A stretch of DNA of 64,000 nt from Marsupella aquatica (lineage: Eukaryota > Plantae > Marchantiophyta), in the NCBI GenBank assembly GCA_973895155.1, contig OZ316891.1, forward strand, positions 3,950,018-4,014,017. Reading direction: 5' to 3'. The notes beneath the pieces were generated by a model. It had not been told where the DNA came from. It worked only from the letters and a program-made list of their open reading frames with translations, and did no database searches. Positions 59,973 to 64,000 of this stretch are shown here, one piece after another. Both the position numbers and the translations under genes were made by a program. Position 1 is the first letter of the stretch. Each line of letters begins with the position of its first letter.

Positions 59973-62427
59973 CTATCGATTTGCCATGGCAGATCCCTCT
60001 TTGCGTATGTGCTTCTCCTCGTCATTACGCATTACACTTAACTGGTGCTCCAGCTGGATATTTTTCAGCTTCACTTGCATTAGCTCATCATCGAGATCTG
60101 AAATTCTATTCTGTAGATCTGCTACGTACTGGACTCTATATATCTGAAAACCGAAGTCGGAATCAGTGCTCTCTTCACTTGAGGTTCTTGAGAAAGCCCT
60201 GGACACGCCAGGGCTTGATCTTTGCCCATGAGAACCATCCGCTGCGCTGATGCTCGATGTGAGATCATTGATAACTCTATCATGATGGACAGCCTTAGGC
60301 TGCACAACATTCCTTCTTTGGGATAGTTCCATCGAGGTGGAAATTGACGGAGGGGATGGTGATGACTGCGGTACGAGTTCTTGCAGCTCTACATCTGCTT
60401 CTGATATTATTGAGAACCTTTCCCTCCTTTGTAGAAGCGGCCGCTTGACCTTATCCTCCCTGACGTCCATGTAGCTTGAAGATCTGCGCCCCAAGGGGAC
60501 ATCATTGATGGGGTCTGACAGACCTCGTTCAGCTAGAGCTCCTGAAGACGCAGCCAATTTTCTATCCCGGTAAAATTTGTTGCTTCGAGATACCTCGACG
60601 TCTGAAACCACACGGTGAAGTCGACCATAATCGTCCTTGTCTTTGTCTCGAATTCGCAACCCCTTAAGATCTGGACTCGCCAGATTCTTATCATGCAGTA
60701 GACGTCCCCCATGGTCTTCACGGCCATCGTCCGTCTGCTTCTCCAGATCCAGCTTCTCTCCCTTCTCCAATTTATGACTCTCTCTGTCGATTCTTTGGGC
60801 CTGGCCTTTGCCATCTTCAAGAGGCTGGTTTGAAATCCCAGCACCCGACTCGGATGTGATCAATTGTCCTGTGGGCTGTGAAACCGACGAAGATGCTACA
60901 GAGCGTTGTCTATTGTCCCTATGTGTTGCTTCGTCGCGCAATTCCTGAGTGGGTTCTGGCGAACCTTCAAGGTGGTCGTTCTTTGGACGTACAGCAGCGT
61001 TGCCAGCCGCCACAACATTGCAGAAGCTATCGACAGCACCGCACTTTGGTAGCTGATGCTTATCCATCACGCTCGATGGAGAGCAGTCATCCTCGGTTAG
61101 CAGAGCTGTTTCAGCTATCAGGTCTTCAACTTCGAAATTCCAGCAGCTTAGGCCGCGTTTGTACTCAGTCTGACTCTTTTCCTCTTTCTCTTCGGAAGGC
61201 ATCTTCATCTTAGCAAGCCGTGCGGCGTCTTTGAATTTCAGATTCTTCACCCGCTGGCCAAGAGGAGGGAGCCCTTCCAAGACACGCTTGGCAATGTAGT
61301 CACTCGATCTCGCATTCTTGAAGAACGAGTGTTTCAGCAGCTTCTCAGCAGTTGGCCTCTTCGTAGGATCCTTCACCAAGCACATTGCAATCATCTCCTT
61401 GAATGATTTCGAGAAGCGCTTGTCTCTTTGATCATCAAGTGTGGGTGGAGCTTCGTGTAGCGTCATCAGCAAAACCTGCATTGGTGGATATTTTGAGAAA
61501 GGAGCATGACCATGTGCAAGCTCCAACGCCGTTATTCCAAACGACCAGATATCAGCCTTGAAATTGTACCCGTGAATCTGCTCCATCACCTCCGGGGCCA
61601 TCCAGCATGGCGTTCCCACAAAAGTGTTCCGTGACCGCTGCCTATCACCGCTATCAAACATACATGCTGACACACCAAAGTCCCCCAGCTTAACTCCTCC
61701 CTGGCCATCCATCAGGATATTCCTGGTAACAAAATGACGCTTCATGAGTTTACTTTGTGCCTGCTTAGAAAGATGCTCGAGAACTAACATCAGATCGAGT
61801 TGAGATACAATGCCTATGGAATAACTTTTCTCTGGTGATATTATTATCTTTCATAGTTTTTATTACCACAAAAGGTATGGACCATGGCAAGAGAAAGTGG
61901 AACGTAGCGTCTATGAATGTAGACGCTTAGGAAGAATCAGAGAACTACCCAGCCTTGACATCTCGGTGTATGTGACCCTGCTTGTGGAGGTAGTCCAGAG
62001 CTTTGAGCGTCTCCTTCAACACAGTGGCGATGACGGGTTCGTCAAACCCATTTGGGTAACCTATTTTCATGATATTTAGGCAAGATCCGCCAGCGAAGTA
62101 GGGCATGACAATCCTCAGACTCTGATCCACCACAAACGAACAATATGCTCTCACGACGTTGGGATGGAGGATGAGCTGCATAGTGTTAGCCTCTCGCCGT
62201 ATATCATCCAGATTGCTGTTGCACCTCTCGAGATCCAGGCTCTTGATCGCCACCACCTCTTTGAACGGGATGCATAAGGCTCGGTACACTGTTGCGCCCG
62301 CCCCATGGCCGATCTCCTCCAGCAATTCGTAGTCCGCTGCACCCAACGGATAAATCTTCTTAGCCTCCTTCGCCTCCCCTTTCCTGAGTTCCGACAGTGA
62401 AGCGGACTTCTTCATTAGTTTATCCAT
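59973..62427 (-). CDS. STE20-family MAP4K (OSR1/SPAK/Fray/BLUS1-like) Ser/Thr kinase, 742 aa; exons 62427-61949 and 61722-59973
   Basis: EIGHGAGATVY, VAIK, HRDVKAG/NIL, DFGVSA, TFVGTPCWMAPEV, DIWSFGITALELAHGHAPFSKYPP, EYKRGLSCWNF, C-terminal coiled coil. The GT-AG intron 61948-61723 gives a 2229-nt open CDS. Confidence 0.95.
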
Positions 62428-63540
62428 CCCACCCGTCACTTCCTTGACAGCAACTCCAACGAGTGAACTGAACCACGAAAATCTCAGCAACAAAACAGCT
62501 TCTCTGATCTGACGCACTGGAGACCTCAAGCCGTCATTCACCAGCCGACAGCTCTCAATTTGCTCCGTCCACTGCTTCAGCTCAAAGCACTCACCGCCTT
62601 GTCCTCTTCGTAGCGTCTCAAACCCTCACGAATCAATCTAGCTCGAGACAGCAATCTATAATTCCCATCCAATCTCCAACCTCAGAACACCGATTCCTTC
62701 ACCAGAGCGATCGACCTACTGACACAGCAGCCCCCTTGATGAGAATGCCTCGTTGAAGAAGAACAAGATGGACTTCAATTACAGAATCCCGACTCCACCT
62801 CCTTGCATGGGCGAACTCTATACGGCTCGATCGATTGACCACTTCAGGGACATTCACACTAACTCATTCAGAGATTCAGGAAGACCGAATCGGTCTTATA
62901 ACCTCATCTCTCACCAGGGGCATCATGATACACTGACGAGCTACTAGAGCTACCTCGGTAGTCTGTTTTCTCGAAGATTGGCAGTCAGCTCTCCTTATTA
63001 AAATGCATGCGTCTGGTCCGGTTGTAGGGTTCGCGCTACCTCGGTTGCAAATAATAAACAAAGTGGCAAACCCTAGGTATACAAGAAAATTTAAGCCATT
63101 TTCCTTTCTTTTCTGGGTGGGGACACAGGGCCTGTGTTGAAGCAAAATTATAACTATTTTTATTTTTTTCACTCGGAAAGGTACCTAGCACAGTGCACTC
63201 ACAAAGCATTTTTCAATGAGAAAACCCTTATTTTCATTAACATATTAATAAGTACTTTTCTAGATATATGATTAAAATGACTTAGACTTTGTCGCACATG
63301 TGACACTTCAGTCTAAGTGAACCCCCCCCCCCCCCCCCCACCACCTGCGTCTTGGGGGGGGAGGGGGGGAGGAGGGTCATTAAATATATGGAGGGCCTTA
63401 CATCATGTGTGATGTTTTAGGGTTTGATCCCCCTAACTTATAAGAGAATTTTTATTTTTTGAATAATCAATTATTTTTTATCATTTTTTACTAAAAAATC
63501 CTACAATTAAATTGGCCTAAATGTTCTTTAAAGTTGACCA

Positions 63541-64000
63541 GTCGATAAAACACTTCATGTGTGTTCTTCCACCAAACTTTGGAAGTCTTCCGCCACACCC
63601 ATCTAAATGGGCCTATATGTAATCACACATGATGTGCCACTTTTGTGGAAGTGACACCCCCCCCCCCCCCCCCCCGCGGGAGACCTGCGTGAGTGTGTGC
63701 ATGACTTGGAATGATGGGAGAACCTATGGCAAGCAGGGATTAAAAGGACCAAAGACTGATGCTTAGGGACAACATAAGGGTCGATAAAACACTTCATGTG
63801 TGTTCTTCCACCAAACTTTGGAAGTCTTCCGCCACACCCATCTAAATGGGCCTATATGTAATCACACATGATGTGCCACTTTTGTGGAAGTGACACCCCC
63901 CCCCCCCCGGCGGGAGACCTGCGTGAGTGTGTGCATGACTTGGAATGATGGGAGAACCTATGGCAAGCAGGGATTAAAAGGACCAAAGACTGATGCTTAG
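63541..64000. repeat. Near-identical tandem duplication, ~239-bp unit, runs off the right edge
   Basis: GTCGATAAAACACTTCATGTG... at 63541 and 63780; the copies differ mainly in the poly-C tract. Confidence 0.9.

Noticed and set aside
61723-61790. ORF-track start MLVLEHLSKQ of the 605-aa kinase ORF
   Set aside because: Intronic; the splice acceptor at 61724-61723 joins exon 1 in frame.
62428-62541. N-terminal extension of the kinase from the ORF-track start at 62541
   Set aside because: Starts at a non-ATG codon; the first in-frame ATG is at 62427.

Overview
Eukaryotic, intron-containing plant DNA, most likely from a non-seed plant such as a bryophyte (inferred from gene content, not proven). 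Three host-type genes sit in a nested transposon landscape: the 5' end of an RNA polymerase IV/V largest-subunit gene (minus strand, runs off the left edge), a six-exon vWA + alpha-kinase gene with one in-frame stop (24620-27406), and a two-exon STE20/OSR1-type MAP4K gene (59973-62427). Mobile elements: a complete young copia (11313-17184) with an intact antisense ORF encoding a hydrophobic helix plus an RNase H1 hybrid-binding (Cauli_VI) domain; a truncated second copia and a solo LTR of its family; a 16.2-kb CACTA-type element with CACAA ends and head-to-head genes (29747-45962), which splits a second hybrid-binding-domain exon; two related 3.9-4.5 kb TG...CA solo-LTR-like units, each carrying a long homologous ORF; a Ulp1-protease relic; a Sola1/DUF7869-like transposase relic; and several MITEs and tandem or palindromic arrays. 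The best novelty candidates are the coding giant LTRs, the copia antisense ORF, and the CpG-rich motif islands of the CACTA element. All coordinates, alignments and family calls were made by eye, without database searches.
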